A DNA stretch of 64,000 nucleotides from a virus. The stretch lies in IMG/VR virus record IMGVR_UViG_3300042691_023183, positions 1 through 64,000 of that record. One strand, 5' to 3'. The position numbers and the translations under genes were made by a program. Below the pieces are notes generated by a model, which searched no databases, had not been told where the DNA came from, and saw only the letters and a list, made by a program, of their open reading frames with translations. How positions within the stretch are numbered: position 1 is the first letter of the stretch; every line of letters begins with the position of its first letter. Below, in pieces: positions 9,662 to 19,248 of the stretch.

Positions 9662-9746
9662 TGACTCGCTTATTGCGCTGCAATGCTTAGGGGTAAGATT
9701 GTACTTTGTCAAGATATTATGATATTTCAGTGATATTTATATTCGA

Positions 9747-10373
9747 ATGATACAGTTAAAAAGCGCATTACCTGAAGTATTTGATCATAATCTTCTAGAA
9801 ACCGAAGATGAAAATGCTACGGTTATTTACTGCGATATGGATGGTGTTCTTGTGGATTTCGACGAGGGATTTAAGAAAATCTCAGGTGGTAAATCTCCTA
9901 ATGAATTTGATAACGAAGGACGAACTAGTGAAATGTGGTCGTTGATACAAAACAATCCACCCGATAAAGGTATAACGTGGTGGTCAACATTGCCTAAACT
10001 GCAGGACGGTGATGTTCTTTGGAAATTTATAACATCATTGAAGTTGCCAGTCAAGATTTTAAGCAGCACTTCTTCCAGAAGATCCAAGAGCAATAGTGCT
10101 GATATTGGAAAACGTAAGTGGTTAGCTACGCAATTAGTACCTCCTCCACAAGATCAAGACATAATCTTGGTAGATAGTTCAGAAGCTAAACAACAATACG
10201 CGTTGGGCTCAAATCACATACTGATTGACGATCTACCTTCTAATATTGCTCAATGGAGATCAAAAGGAGGAACTGCAATTGAACATAAAAACGCAAGTGA
10301 TACCATATCACAACTCAAAAAGATTTTGGGAATGACGCAAGAAAGTTACGGATACAGTTGGTCTAACATATAA
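9747..10373 (+). CDS. HAD-superfamily 5'(3')-deoxyribonucleotidase-like phosphatase (NT5C type)
   Basis: IYCDMDGVLVDF motif I, ILSS motif II, GKRKW, ILIDD..NI.QW..GG motif IV. Confidence 0.85.
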   Translation: MIQLKSALPEVFDHNLLETEDENATVIYCDMDGVLVDFDEGFKKISGGKSPNEFDNEGRTSEMWSLIQNNPPDKGITWWSTLPKLQDGDVLWKFITSLKLPVKILSSTSSRRSKSNSADIGKRKWLATQLVPPPQDQDIILVDSSEAKQQYALGSNHILIDDLPSNIAQWRSKGGTAIEHKNASDTISQLKKILGMTQESYGYSWSNI

Positions 10374-10374
10374 T

Positions 10375-11064
10375 ATGAAAGCAAGAATTTATAACGATAC
10401 ATTAAATCCGAATATCTGGAATCCTGATAATACAATAAAGCCAGAAGTTCGTGATGCATTGTTGAAAGTAGCGCAAGACTTTTACGCCGAATCCGAGTTA
10501 ACCGCACCAATACAAGACATTTATATGTTAGGTAGTGCTGCTAATTATAACTGGGGTCCAAGTAGCGATATTGACGTTCACGTATTGATTGATTTTAACA
10601 AGTTGTCTATGGAACGTGATCTTGTAAAAAAGATGGTGGATAGTATCAAAGCTAACTGGAATAAAAATCACAATATTCAAGTAAAGGCACATCGTGTAGA
10701 ACTGTACATACAGGATATAACAGAGGCAAATAGAGCGATGGGTATTTATAGCATTTTGAATAACCGATGGGTTAAATTTCCACAAAAACTAACGTTGAAT
10801 CTGGATAAAAATGTTATTCAAAAGAAGTATACCGACATGGTTCTTCAAATTAAAAACGCTATCAAATCCAACAATCTTGAAGATTTAAAACGTGTATTGA
10901 AATCAGTGTATGATATGCGTGAATCTGGATTAAGCAAGGGTGGAGAATTCAGTTCAGAGAATATTGTATTTAAATTGCTTAGAACTCGTAATCATTTGGA
11001 TAACCTAAAAAACGCTGTAAACAAAGTATATGATGCAAAACTTTCTTTGAAAGAAACCAAATAA
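10375..11064 (+). CDS. Pol-beta superfamily nucleotidyltransferase
   Basis: LGSAANYNWGPSSDIDVHV (GS..DxD) and VELYIQD third acidic residue; helical C-terminus with GEFSSENIVFK. Confidence 0.7.
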   Translation: MKARIYNDTLNPNIWNPDNTIKPEVRDALLKVAQDFYAESELTAPIQDIYMLGSAANYNWGPSSDIDVHVLIDFNKLSMERDLVKKMVDSIKANWNKNHNIQVKAHRVELYIQDITEANRAMGIYSILNNRWVKFPQKLTLNLDKNVIQKKYTDMVLQIKNAIKSNNLEDLKRVLKSVYDMRESGLSKGGEFSSENIVFKLLRTRNHLDNLKNAVNKVYDAKLSLKETK

Positions 11065-11136
11065 CGTATTTTTCTAAAATTTTTGAATAATAACAGTTTA
11101 TCACTCATATTTATTATCAACTAACCAATATAACAT

Positions 11137-11628
11137 ATGGCAGACCTACTAAATCCAAATGAGATGTTCTACACGGTGTTTGAGCCAAAAGTTCAAAATC
11201 GTTTCATTTTCAGCATCGATGGCATTCCAGCATTCACGATCAAAAAGACAGATCGTCCAAAGCTAGCACAAGAAAAGAAGACCATTGATTATATCAACGT
11301 ACAACGTTACTACAAAGGTAAGAGCGTTTGGAACGATATTTCATTGGAACTTTATGACCCAATTGCTCCATCTGGTGCACAAGCTGTCATGGAATGGGTT
11401 CGTCTACACCACGAATCTGTTACCGGTCGTGATGGTTATCTTGACTTCTACAAGAAAGATTGTATCATTTCAGTACTTGGACCAGTAGGCGATAAGGTTG
11501 AAGAGTGGCAATTGAGAGGCGCTCAAATCGTAAGCGCAGAGTTCGGTAGTCTCGATTGGTCAAGCGGTGGTGATTCGTTGAATATCACAATGAATCTTGC
11601 TTACGACTACGCAATTCTACAATTCTAA
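11137..11628 (+). CDS. Tail tube protein (T4 gp19-like)
   Basis: 163 aa; FEPKVQNRF, W.DISLELYDPI, AVMEW, YKKD..LGPVGDKVEEW.L.GA, LAYDYA. Confidence 0.9.
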   Translation: MADLLNPNEMFYTVFEPKVQNRFIFSIDGIPAFTIKKTDRPKLAQEKKTIDYINVQRYYKGKSVWNDISLELYDPIAPSGAQAVMEWVRLHHESVTGRDGYLDFYKKDCIISVLGPVGDKVEEWQLRGAQIVSAEFGSLDWSSGGDSLNITMNLAYDYAILQF

Positions 11629-11649
11629 TATAAAACATCGATTGGATTT

Positions 11650-11683
11650 AAACCTCTCAACTCAAACAGTTGGGAGGTTTTTT
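11650..11683 (+). terminator. Intrinsic terminator after tail tube
   Basis: AAACCTCTCAACT-caaac-AGTTGGGAGGTTT plus T run. Confidence 0.8.
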
Positions 11684-11706
11684 ATGCGGTATACTATTTA
11701 TACGAT

Positions 11707-12060
11707 ATGAAGATTACCAGAGCTGAATTAAAGTCAATCATTAACGAAGTATTGTCGGAAGTGGTTGATAGTGATAAATTCACAAAGGCTTTAGAAACAT
11801 TGAACAAAAAAGCAAAGGCACAAAATGTTGCTCTTCAACAAACACGTGTTGCTATTGCCAAAGTAAAAGAACAACAGGCGCAAAGTCGTACACAACAAGC
11901 GTCAGATGCGGTAGACGCAGCAGAAGCTAGAGGCAATGATAGTGGCAATGAACAAGATACGTTGAACAATGCAAGGAAATCGGAAGAAAATGCTGAAGAT
12001 GGTGTGACTGCTGCTGAGAACAATTTGAAAGCTGCTCAAAAAGGTGGAACGAGTTCTTAA
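11707..12060 (+). CDS. Hypothetical coiled-coil protein, possible head-packaged/internal protein
   Basis: MKITRAELKSIINEVLSE N-terminus; Ala/Gln/Glu-rich helix; TATTTAT 5 nt upstream. Confidence 0.6.
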   Translation: MKITRAELKSIINEVLSEVVDSDKFTKALETLNKKAKAQNVALQQTRVAIAKVKEQQAQSRTQQASDAVDAAEARGNDSGNEQDTLNNARKSEENAEDGVTAAENNLKAAQKGGTSS

Positions 12061-12117
12061 TTAAAATAACCCAAAAATTTAAAGACGGTATATATATTGT
12101 TATAACAAAAAGTTATT

Positions 12118-12996
12118 ATGAGTGACGAAACCATTTCTATTACTAGACCCTCAACAATTGTGGGTGGACCTCCAATTCAAAAACCACAAACCATGTCAGT
12201 TCCATTTAATCAAACTGACGCGTCACAAAAGGTGGTAAGCAAGTTTCCTACTGAAACTATAGAGTTGCCCAGTCAGGGTCATTTCTATCCAGAAGGACAT
12301 CCTCTTTCTAATGGACAATTGGAATTGAAGATGATGACTGCAAAGGAGGAAGATATCCTTACAAATCAAAACCTTATTCGTAAAGGAATTGTTTTGGACA
12401 AACTTCTTGAGTCACTTATTGTAACCCCGGTTAAAATTGATGATGTTCTTATTGGTGATAAGAACGCTGCTTTCTTTGCCGCAAGACGACTCGCATATGG
12501 TGATGTTTATGGTCCAGTTAAGATTACTTGTCCAAAGTGTCAGACTGAGTGTGAAAGAAAGATTGATCTTAGTTTGATGAAGTCAAAAGAATTGGATTTA
12601 TCTTTGTATCCAAAGGGTCATAATGAGTTTGAATTTCTTCTTCCGTATACCAAGAAACTTATCAAGTACAAGTTGTTGACACACCGTGATGAAATGGCAA
12701 TCGATGCCGAAATAAAAGCACTTGCAAAACTTAACAAAAATGCAAGTAGCGATGTTACCACACGGTTGCGTACCATGATTATATCAATCGACGGTAATTC
12801 TGATAGAACTGCAATCCAACGTTTTGTCACTCAAGAAATGCCATCCAGAGATAGTTTGTCATTCAGACAACATGTACGTGAACAAACGCCTGATTTAGAT
12901 ATGACATTCGACTTTGGATGTGATGAATGTTCGCACGAAGAGAGGGTGTCTGTGCCGATGACGGCACAGTTCTTTTGGCCTGACACCGGAAGATAA
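12118..12996 (+). CDS. T4 gp26-like baseplate-hub/tail assembly chaperone
   Basis: IELPSQG.FY, MTAKEEDIL, IGDKNA..AAR..AYG, two CxxC pairs, ends FFWP; lies between tube and tape measure genes. Confidence 0.8.
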   Translation: MSDETISITRPSTIVGGPPIQKPQTMSVPFNQTDASQKVVSKFPTETIELPSQGHFYPEGHPLSNGQLELKMMTAKEEDILTNQNLIRKGIVLDKLLESLIVTPVKIDDVLIGDKNAAFFAARRLAYGDVYGPVKITCPKCQTECERKIDLSLMKSKELDLSLYPKGHNEFEFLLPYTKKLIKYKLLTHRDEMAIDAEIKALAKLNKNASSDVTTRLRTMIISIDGNSDRTAIQRFVTQEMPSRDSLSFRQHVREQTPDLDMTFDFGCDECSHEERVSVPMTAQFFWPDTGR

Positions 12997-13174
12997 GATT
13001 TCATTACATTCCCAAATCTTCGATTTGGCATATTACTCCGAGGGAGCGTTCAACCACGAAATAGTGTACAATCTACCTGTACACTTACGCATATTTTATC
13101 TACGTAAACTGGCCGAAGTTCGTAAAAAAGAGAACGAACAAATGGAAAAGGCATCAAAACCCAAAGGTAAATAA
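12974..13174 (+). CDS. Probable frameshift-accessed extension of the chaperone (gpGT/gp51-like), 66 codons
   Basis: +1 frame reads FGLTPEDKISLHSQIFDLAYYSEGAFNHEIVYNLPVHLRIFYLRKLAEVRKKENEQMEKASKPKGK; stop at 12959 closes the frame upstream and there is no ATG until codon 57. Confidence 0.7.
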   Translation, partial: FGLTPEDKISLHSQIFDLAYYSEGAFNHEIVYNLPVHLRIFYLRKLAEVRKKENEQMEKASKPKGK

Positions 13175-13234
13175 CCATAGAAAATCGAACAATAACCATA
13201 TAAATTTTATATTTATAAGGCACAATAGATTTTT

Positions 13235-16200
13235 ATGGCAGACGATACACTAGATCAAACTAAAAAAGCGGTAAAAGACCTTACTGATAGTCTTAAAAAG
13301 GGAGGTGCCGCTTCAAAGGAGGTAACCGATCAGATTCGTATCTTGGACCGTTCAGTTGATCACTTGGGTGAAGCTGCAAAAATGGCAGCGAAACAAGCCA
13401 GAGAATTGCACAGAGAAATAGATTTGGTTACCAATGCGTTTGCAAATCCAGCCGAGACCTTTAGTGGATTTTTACAAAAAGGAGTCAGTACAGGAGAAGA
13501 TTTATTACGTACATTTAGTGCAATTGCTGGTTTGGTGTTCGATGAACCATTAAAGAAGGCAAACGCTGAACTTGATAAAGAAAAGAAAAAACTTGATGAG
13601 TTGATGAAACAACGTCACGAAGGCATCAAGATTGGTGATGATAATGTTAAACAACTTCAAGAAAAGTTGAAGAACGAAAAAGATTTGTGCGATAGAGTTA
13701 CAAAGTGTGACGAAAACAAAGTTAAGTCATTGGAAGAACAACTCAAGACTGAAGGTGACAAATTAAAAGCACTCACCGATGATGTAAAGTTAAACGACGA
13801 TATCGTCAAAGAACAAGAAGAACAAGTTAAAAAGGCGGAAGCGTTAAAAAAGAAGCTGGAGAGTCAAATCGGATTTATCAAAGATATGATTGCATCATTC
13901 AGTGATGCCTTTGATCGTTTTGTTGAATTAGATAAAGCTGCTGGTGCATTTAGACAGAAACTTGGATTGAGCAGAGAAGCTGCTCGTGGGTTGGAAAAGA
14001 CGGCACTTGAGTTGAATCAACAGTTTGTCACGTTGGGTGTTAATATTGATAAGGCATATGAGTCACTTGCCGCTCTCGGTAACGTATTTGGTACATCATT
14101 GTTGATTAATAAAGAATTGGCACAAACCACATCTTTATTGGCAGCAAACTACGGAGTTAGTGAAGCAAACGCTGCTGGGTTTTTACAAAAGATGTCATCT
14201 ATCGGTGGAATGACTGATAAACAAGCATCAGCAATGGCTGGGTTTACCGCTAATTTAGCAAACGCTGCTGGTGTCAATTTAGATGAAGTGATGAGAGATG
14301 TTGCCAACGCATCTGATGATACCGTTACGTTGATGAGAGGCAACGTCAAACAAATGACTTTAGCTGCAGTTCAAGCAAAACAACTTGGTGTAAGTTTGGA
14401 TAAATCCGCAAGTTCTGCAAAAGGATTGTTGAATTTCACTCAGAGTGTATCGGATGAAATGGAAGCAAGTGTGTTGTTGGGCAAGAATCTCAATCTTAAT
14501 GCCGCACGTCAACTTGCATTCCAAGGAGATGTTGCTGGTGCTCAAAAGGAGATATTGAATCAAGTACGTTCAATGGGTGACTTCAATAAGATGAATGTCT
14601 TCCAACAAGAGGCACTTGCTAAGGCAACTGGATATAGTGCAGTTGAGTTGACCAAGATGTTGAAGAACGAAGAAAAACTTGCACAGTTGTCTGACAAAGA
14701 AAAGGCATCATACGAAAAAGCTCTTGAAGCAATGAAAGAGCAAAACGAGGAGACTGGCAAAGAGTTGTTGATGCGTACTCAGATGCAAAGTGCAATGGCA
14801 CAATTGAGTAATACGTTTATGGCATTCAAACAGATACTTGCTGATATTTTGACTCCGGTTGTAAACGTTGCAGTCAAATTATTGATTCCTGCATTGAAAG
14901 TAGCTCTTCTTGTTTTTAATGCAATATTGGTTCCAGTTAAAATATTGGCAAATGCATTATATAAAATGTTTGAACCATTGGAACCGCTTATACAAGCATT
15001 TAGTGATGCATTAGATGGTGCAAACGGACGTATTGAAACGATTGTACAAGGCGCAACTGACATTGGTGTATTATTGTTAAAAGTAAATTCAGCAGTGATG
15101 TTATTTGGGGCATCATTCAGAACGTTTCTAAATCCGATTTCAATCGTATTTAAAATTGTCGGAGGATTCTTTTCTGTAATTGATGCTGGTGCGACTCGTT
15201 TACTAGGTCGAATCAGTGGAATAAGTAGTGCATTTGGAAGTGCGTCAGGTGTAGTTGGAAAATTTGTGGCTGGATTTGGAAATATTGGTCGTATAGGTAC
15301 ATTATTGGGAACCGCTGGTAAAGCTATTCCAGTTGCTGGAACTGTTATCGCTGTATTACAAGGTATTTGGGGATTGTTTAGTCGTCTTCAAAAAGGAATG
15401 GGGTTCTTTGATGCTTTGGGTGAAACATTATACGACGTATTTATTGGTCCGTTTGAATTATTAGTCGATCTGTTGGCTAAACTACCGGGAGTAGGAAAGT
15501 TCTTTGAAATGTTAAAACCGGTGTTTCCTGCTATCAAATCAGCCTTGTCGTCTGTATTTGGTTATTTCAAAGAAGGATTTGACGCAATGAAAGAGTTATT
15601 TTCTGGCAAAGATATTTTGAAGAATTTGTTTATTCTTGGAAAGGCGATACTCTCATATGTTTATTTCCTACCTGTATTAATATTCAAGACATTTACCGCT
15701 TTATTTCCTAATTTGTGGTCGTCTATCACTGGAATGTTTGAAGGAGGATTTTCGGGTGTTTGGGATTCAATTGTTGAAGGCGCCAAATCATTTGTATCAA
15801 TGATTGGTAACGCATTATTGACCGGAATAACTTCGTTCGGACAATTGTGGTATAATTTGTTTATTCAACCGTGGGTTGATGCGTGGGATTTTGTATCCAA
15901 CTTGTTTGTTGGAAAGAGCAATTCAACTTTGGGTGATGGCATCATCAAGGGTTTGGTTGGTGTTGGATCTGCAATATTGAGTATTTTCACCTCTCCTTTT
16001 GAATTTATTTTCGAAATGATAATGAAAGGATTTTCTTCAATTGGTCAGTTTATACAAAACGTATTGAGTGTACCGTTCAAGATTGTTGGAAAACTAATTG
16101 GTGTTGATACCGGGGGTATTAATGCTGGTGCTGATGCGGCCGCTGGACCACAAGAAAACGTAATTGCAGCAATAGAAAAAACCAATCAAAAACTTGATAC

Positions 16201-16288
16201 TTTGATTAACTTGATGATGAGTGGTGGTATTGCAGTAAATCTTGACGGTAGAAAAGTAAGTGAACAACTTGCTCTTGCAAGTACATAA
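13235..16288 (+). CDS. Tape measure protein
   Basis: 1017 aa, coiled-coil N-half, hydrophobic Gly/Phe-rich amphipathic C-half, terminal VNLDGRKV motif; follows tube and chaperone. Confidence 0.9.
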   Translation: MADDTLDQTKKAVKDLTDSLKKGGAASKEVTDQIRILDRSVDHLGEAAKMAAKQARELHREIDLVTNAFANPAETFSGFLQKGVSTGEDLLRTFSAIAGLVFDEPLKKANAELDKEKKKLDELMKQRHEGIKIGDDNVKQLQEKLKNEKDLCDRVTKCDENKVKSLEEQLKTEGDKLKALTDDVKLNDDIVKEQEEQVKKAEALKKKLESQIGFIKDMIASFSDAFDRFVELDKAAGAFRQKLGLSREAARGLEKTALELNQQFVTLGVNIDKAYESLAALGNVFGTSLLINKELAQTTSLLAANYGVSEANAAGFLQKMSSIGGMTDKQASAMAGFTANLANAAGVNLDEVMRDVANASDDTVTLMRGNVKQMTLAAVQAKQLGVSLDKSASSAKGLLNFTQSVSDEMEASVLLGKNLNLNAARQLAFQGDVAGAQKEILNQVRSMGDFNKMNVFQQEALAKATGYSAVELTKMLKNEEKLAQLSDKEKASYEKALEAMKEQNEETGKELLMRTQMQSAMAQLSNTFMAFKQILADILTPVVNVAVKLLIPALKVALLVFNAILVPVKILANALYKMFEPLEPLIQAFSDALDGANGRIETIVQGATDIGVLLLKVNSAVMLFGASFRTFLNPISIVFKIVGGFFSVIDAGATRLLGRISGISSAFGSASGVVGKFVAGFGNIGRIGTLLGTAGKAIPVAGTVIAVLQGIWGLFSRLQKGMGFFDALGETLYDVFIGPFELLVDLLAKLPGVGKFFEMLKPVFPAIKSALSSVFGYFKEGFDAMKELFSGKDILKNLFILGKAILSYVYFLPVLIFKTFTALFPNLWSSITGMFEGGFSGVWDSIVEGAKSFVSMIGNALLTGITSFGQLWYNLFIQPWVDAWDFVSNLFVGKSNSTLGDGIIKGLVGVGSAILSIFTSPFEFIFEMIMKGFSSIGQFIQNVLSVPFKIVGKLIGVDTGGINAGADAAAGPQENVIAAIEKTNQKLDTLINLMMSGGIAVNLDGRKVSEQLALAST

Positions 16289-16297
16289 TTATAAAAT

Positions 16298-18943
16298 ATG
16301 GCAGATCAAATTCAAAGAAACTCAATATCGTTTCCACTAGAAACCCGTTACAAGAACGCATCTAGTGCACCTACGCCTGGAAATGATCCAAATAATCCAC
16401 GTAATATGGTACCTCCTATCAACAAGGTACCATTGGATTATCCTACGGAACGTATTCCCGGTAAAATCGAGAAACTTTATATTGCCAACAATCAGAAGAT
16501 TTTAACCAGATTTACTGGAAAAACTGATTATGCTAATGGTTTGTTACGTTTTGGTCCACGTCAACCGTTTGTTTGGTATAATCCAAATGAAGGAACCAGT
16601 GGAACAAACGCAATTAAGAAGTACGACAGTCGTGCGTTTCCAATAGGATCCACTTTACAGGACGTAATTCGTATCTCCAAATATAGCGTATCTGGCAATG
16701 GTGTCATCTTTTTGTTCAAACAGTTGTTGTTACAGAATCTACAACCGTTTAACGAAACCAATTTGTATAATCCGTTGATGCCTATAGTCGCAACGTTGCG
16801 TCCGGGTTCATTGGGTATACTTCCTAGACCAACCAGACATATTGATTTGTCTGGCGGTATTTTAGGCGCATTGGCAAGTGTTGTGGGGTTCGGTGTAAAT
16901 AACGGCAGATCATCACCAAAAGGAACTGTAGGTGCCGGAATTCAAGATGACTCTGATAATTCACCTTTATCAAAACAAGCAATTGGTGGTGGTAAGGGTC
17001 TTTTGAGAGGTAAAACCGCTTCTGGTGGTTATAATTCTCTTGCGTCACGTTGGGGTGGTAATGCAAAAAAGAATAGTTTCTTGAGATCCATTGCGGCATC
17101 AGTATTTCCTTCATTTATTAACAGCAAACAACCTGAAAAAACTGGATATCGAGCAGATGAAGGTGCATATGGTTGGATGATTTCTGATAAAAAAGGAAAG
17201 TTCAATAAACATCATGTTATCACTGACGCTGAAATTACGTTGAATCAGTTGTGGATTGCTGGAAGTAGCGACGGCGGACCAAAAAACATTCGTAAAGATG
17301 GTAATGAAGCACCACAAAACAGAAGAATTGTATTTGTTGATGGTACTGAACAGAAAATTTCTGGAACTGAAGTAACTGGACCTACAATTAATGGTGGAAC
17401 AACCGGATTTAAGTTTGAAAAAGACGTAGACAACGTGGAAAAATACGGAAAATCTGTGGGTATTGAACCATACCGTAAGGATATTTCCAACAATTTCAAG
17501 TTCTCTGTGATGTTGATGAACTATAAAAAGTATCTCGACAAGACCAATAGATTTCCTACAAAAATGGACGGTCCTCCATTGGACTTAACTAACGCAAATG
17601 ACGTTATTGTTATTAAACCACAGGAAGACTTCTTCAAAAAGTATGGATTCGACACTGTTCCAAGCGTATTTTTTATCAAATCGATAACCGATATACCAAC
17701 TCGTCAAGGAAGTGGTGATGAAAAACGTTCTGCGGTTGCAGTTGAAGGAACTTACGCTAAAAAACGTAGAGATGCCAATGATAACGGTAATCTTGCCAAC
17801 TTTCATAAGAACATGGAAGATGGAAAGTTCAAAGGGCTTCCGTCAGAAATTAATGACGTTGGTGATCGTATAAATTCTACTCTTCAAACCAAGAAAGAAG
17901 ATCCAATTAATAAAGAACAAATCAAGGATCTCAACAGATTAGTTGAAAAAATTAAGAATACTGGATATTCAATTGCGTTTACCAACGCTGACACACGTGT
18001 ATTTACTAGTCCTGACACCACATTGTTTGGCATCGATAAACTTAAACAATCAAATATCAATGATAAAAAGTTGGTTGATAACTATAAAGACAGTACACAA
18101 CTGTTGGATGGTCTAGGAAAACATGACCGTAAGAATAGTCGTAAGATGGCAACATCTAACGCTGGTGATGGTATTAACAGATTGACTATTTTGAATAAAG
18201 AAAAACAAATATCAGACGATACTGGCATTTCTGGTTGGACAACTTATGAACCATATAATGATGATTTGATCGCCTTTTACTTTTACGATATGGTTAACGA
18301 AAAGTATATACCATTCAGAGCATCTGTCACTGGTATCAATGATAGTTTCCAAGCCGACTGGGTTAACTACAAGTATATTGGACGTGCAGATAAGGTTTAT
18401 ACCTACGATGGTATAACACGTCAGTTGAGTTTTTCATTCAAGGTAATTGCCAATAGCATAAAAGAGTTATTGCCAATGTGGACACGTATTAATTATTTGT
18501 GCGGATTAACAATGCCTGCAAATTATACATCTGCGCCTAGTCAACAAGATGGTAGTGAAAATCAGTTTATGGTACCGGCGTTTGTTTTGTTGACATTGGG
18601 TGATATATACAAAGAACAACCTATTGTAATTAACCGTGTTGGTCTTAGTATTCCAGATGGTGCTGCGTGGGAAACAATAAATGAAACGTCACAACAAGAC
18701 TGGTCATATTTAAACAATATTATTACTTGGACTGGCTCAAAAGGTAAATCTGCTCAATTTCCAAGAGAAGTTGAAATATCGATGGACATGACTCCATTGT
18801 TTAAAGAACGCCCTGTTACTGGCATGGCAAACTTTGGACACGCACCAAGAGATTTGACCAATGGTGATTTTATTGGTGGAGATGGTAACTCTTTCTCAAG
18901 AGGGTTGGCGGTTCCTAGAACAATAACTAACGTAGAAGAATAA
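16298..18943 (+). CDS. Baseplate/tail-tube initiator-like structural protein
   Basis: C-terminal FRASVTGINDSF.ADW..YIGR..YTY..RQLSFSF and LTLGDIY pattern typical of tube-initiator domains; position after TMP. Confidence 0.6.
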   Translation: MADQIQRNSISFPLETRYKNASSAPTPGNDPNNPRNMVPPINKVPLDYPTERIPGKIEKLYIANNQKILTRFTGKTDYANGLLRFGPRQPFVWYNPNEGTSGTNAIKKYDSRAFPIGSTLQDVIRISKYSVSGNGVIFLFKQLLLQNLQPFNETNLYNPLMPIVATLRPGSLGILPRPTRHIDLSGGILGALASVVGFGVNNGRSSPKGTVGAGIQDDSDNSPLSKQAIGGGKGLLRGKTASGGYNSLASRWGGNAKKNSFLRSIAASVFPSFINSKQPEKTGYRADEGAYGWMISDKKGKFNKHHVITDAEITLNQLWIAGSSDGGPKNIRKDGNEAPQNRRIVFVDGTEQKISGTEVTGPTINGGTTGFKFEKDVDNVEKYGKSVGIEPYRKDISNNFKFSVMLMNYKKYLDKTNRFPTKMDGPPLDLTNANDVIVIKPQEDFFKKYGFDTVPSVFFIKSITDIPTRQGSGDEKRSAVAVEGTYAKKRRDANDNGNLANFHKNMEDGKFKGLPSEINDVGDRINSTLQTKKEDPINKEQIKDLNRLVEKIKNTGYSIAFTNADTRVFTSPDTTLFGIDKLKQSNINDKKLVDNYKDSTQLLDGLGKHDRKNSRKMATSNAGDGINRLTILNKEKQISDDTGISGWTTYEPYNDDLIAFYFYDMVNEKYIPFRASVTGINDSFQADWVNYKYIGRADKVYTYDGITRQLSFSFKVIANSIKELLPMWTRINYLCGLTMPANYTSAPSQQDGSENQFMVPAFVLLTLGDIYKEQPIVINRVGLSIPDGAAWETINETSQQDWSYLNNIITWTGSKGKSAQFPREVEISMDMTPLFKERPVTGMANFGHAPRDLTNGDFIGGDGNSFSRGLAVPRTITNVEE

Positions 18944-18946
18944 CGT

Positions 18947-19243
18947 ATGAGATACGACAGAAACGTAAACATAAAGAAGAGATGGGACGGTAAACGGTAT
19001 TTTGGAACAAGATTGTATCCAATCATACCAGTTACTTCGTCTGATATTTATGTTGTGACCAACGAAACTGATACGTTGGATAACTTGGCGTTCAAATATT
19101 ATAAGAATCCGTCGTTGTGGTGGATTATTGCACAAGCAAATAATATTGGAAAAGGAAAGTTGTCGGTACCTGCAGGATTACAACTACGTATACCTACAAA
19201 CGTGACTACAATACTAAATAATTACACCGCTCTTAATTCGTAA
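18947..19243 (+). CDS. LysM-like baseplate protein (gp53/tail X-like)
   Basis: DTLDNLAFKYYKNPSLWWIIAQAN..GLQLRIP. Confidence 0.85.
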   Translation: MRYDRNVNIKKRWDGKRYFGTRLYPIIPVTSSDIYVVTNETDTLDNLAFKYYKNPSLWWIIAQANNIGKGKLSVPAGLQLRIPTNVTTILNNYTALNS

Positions 19244-19248
19244 CAGTT

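Noticed and set aside
9685-9712. TTGACA on the minus strand between 9467 and 9747 genes
   Set aside because: No acceptable -10 at 16-18 nt spacing and no credible downstream minus-strand gene.
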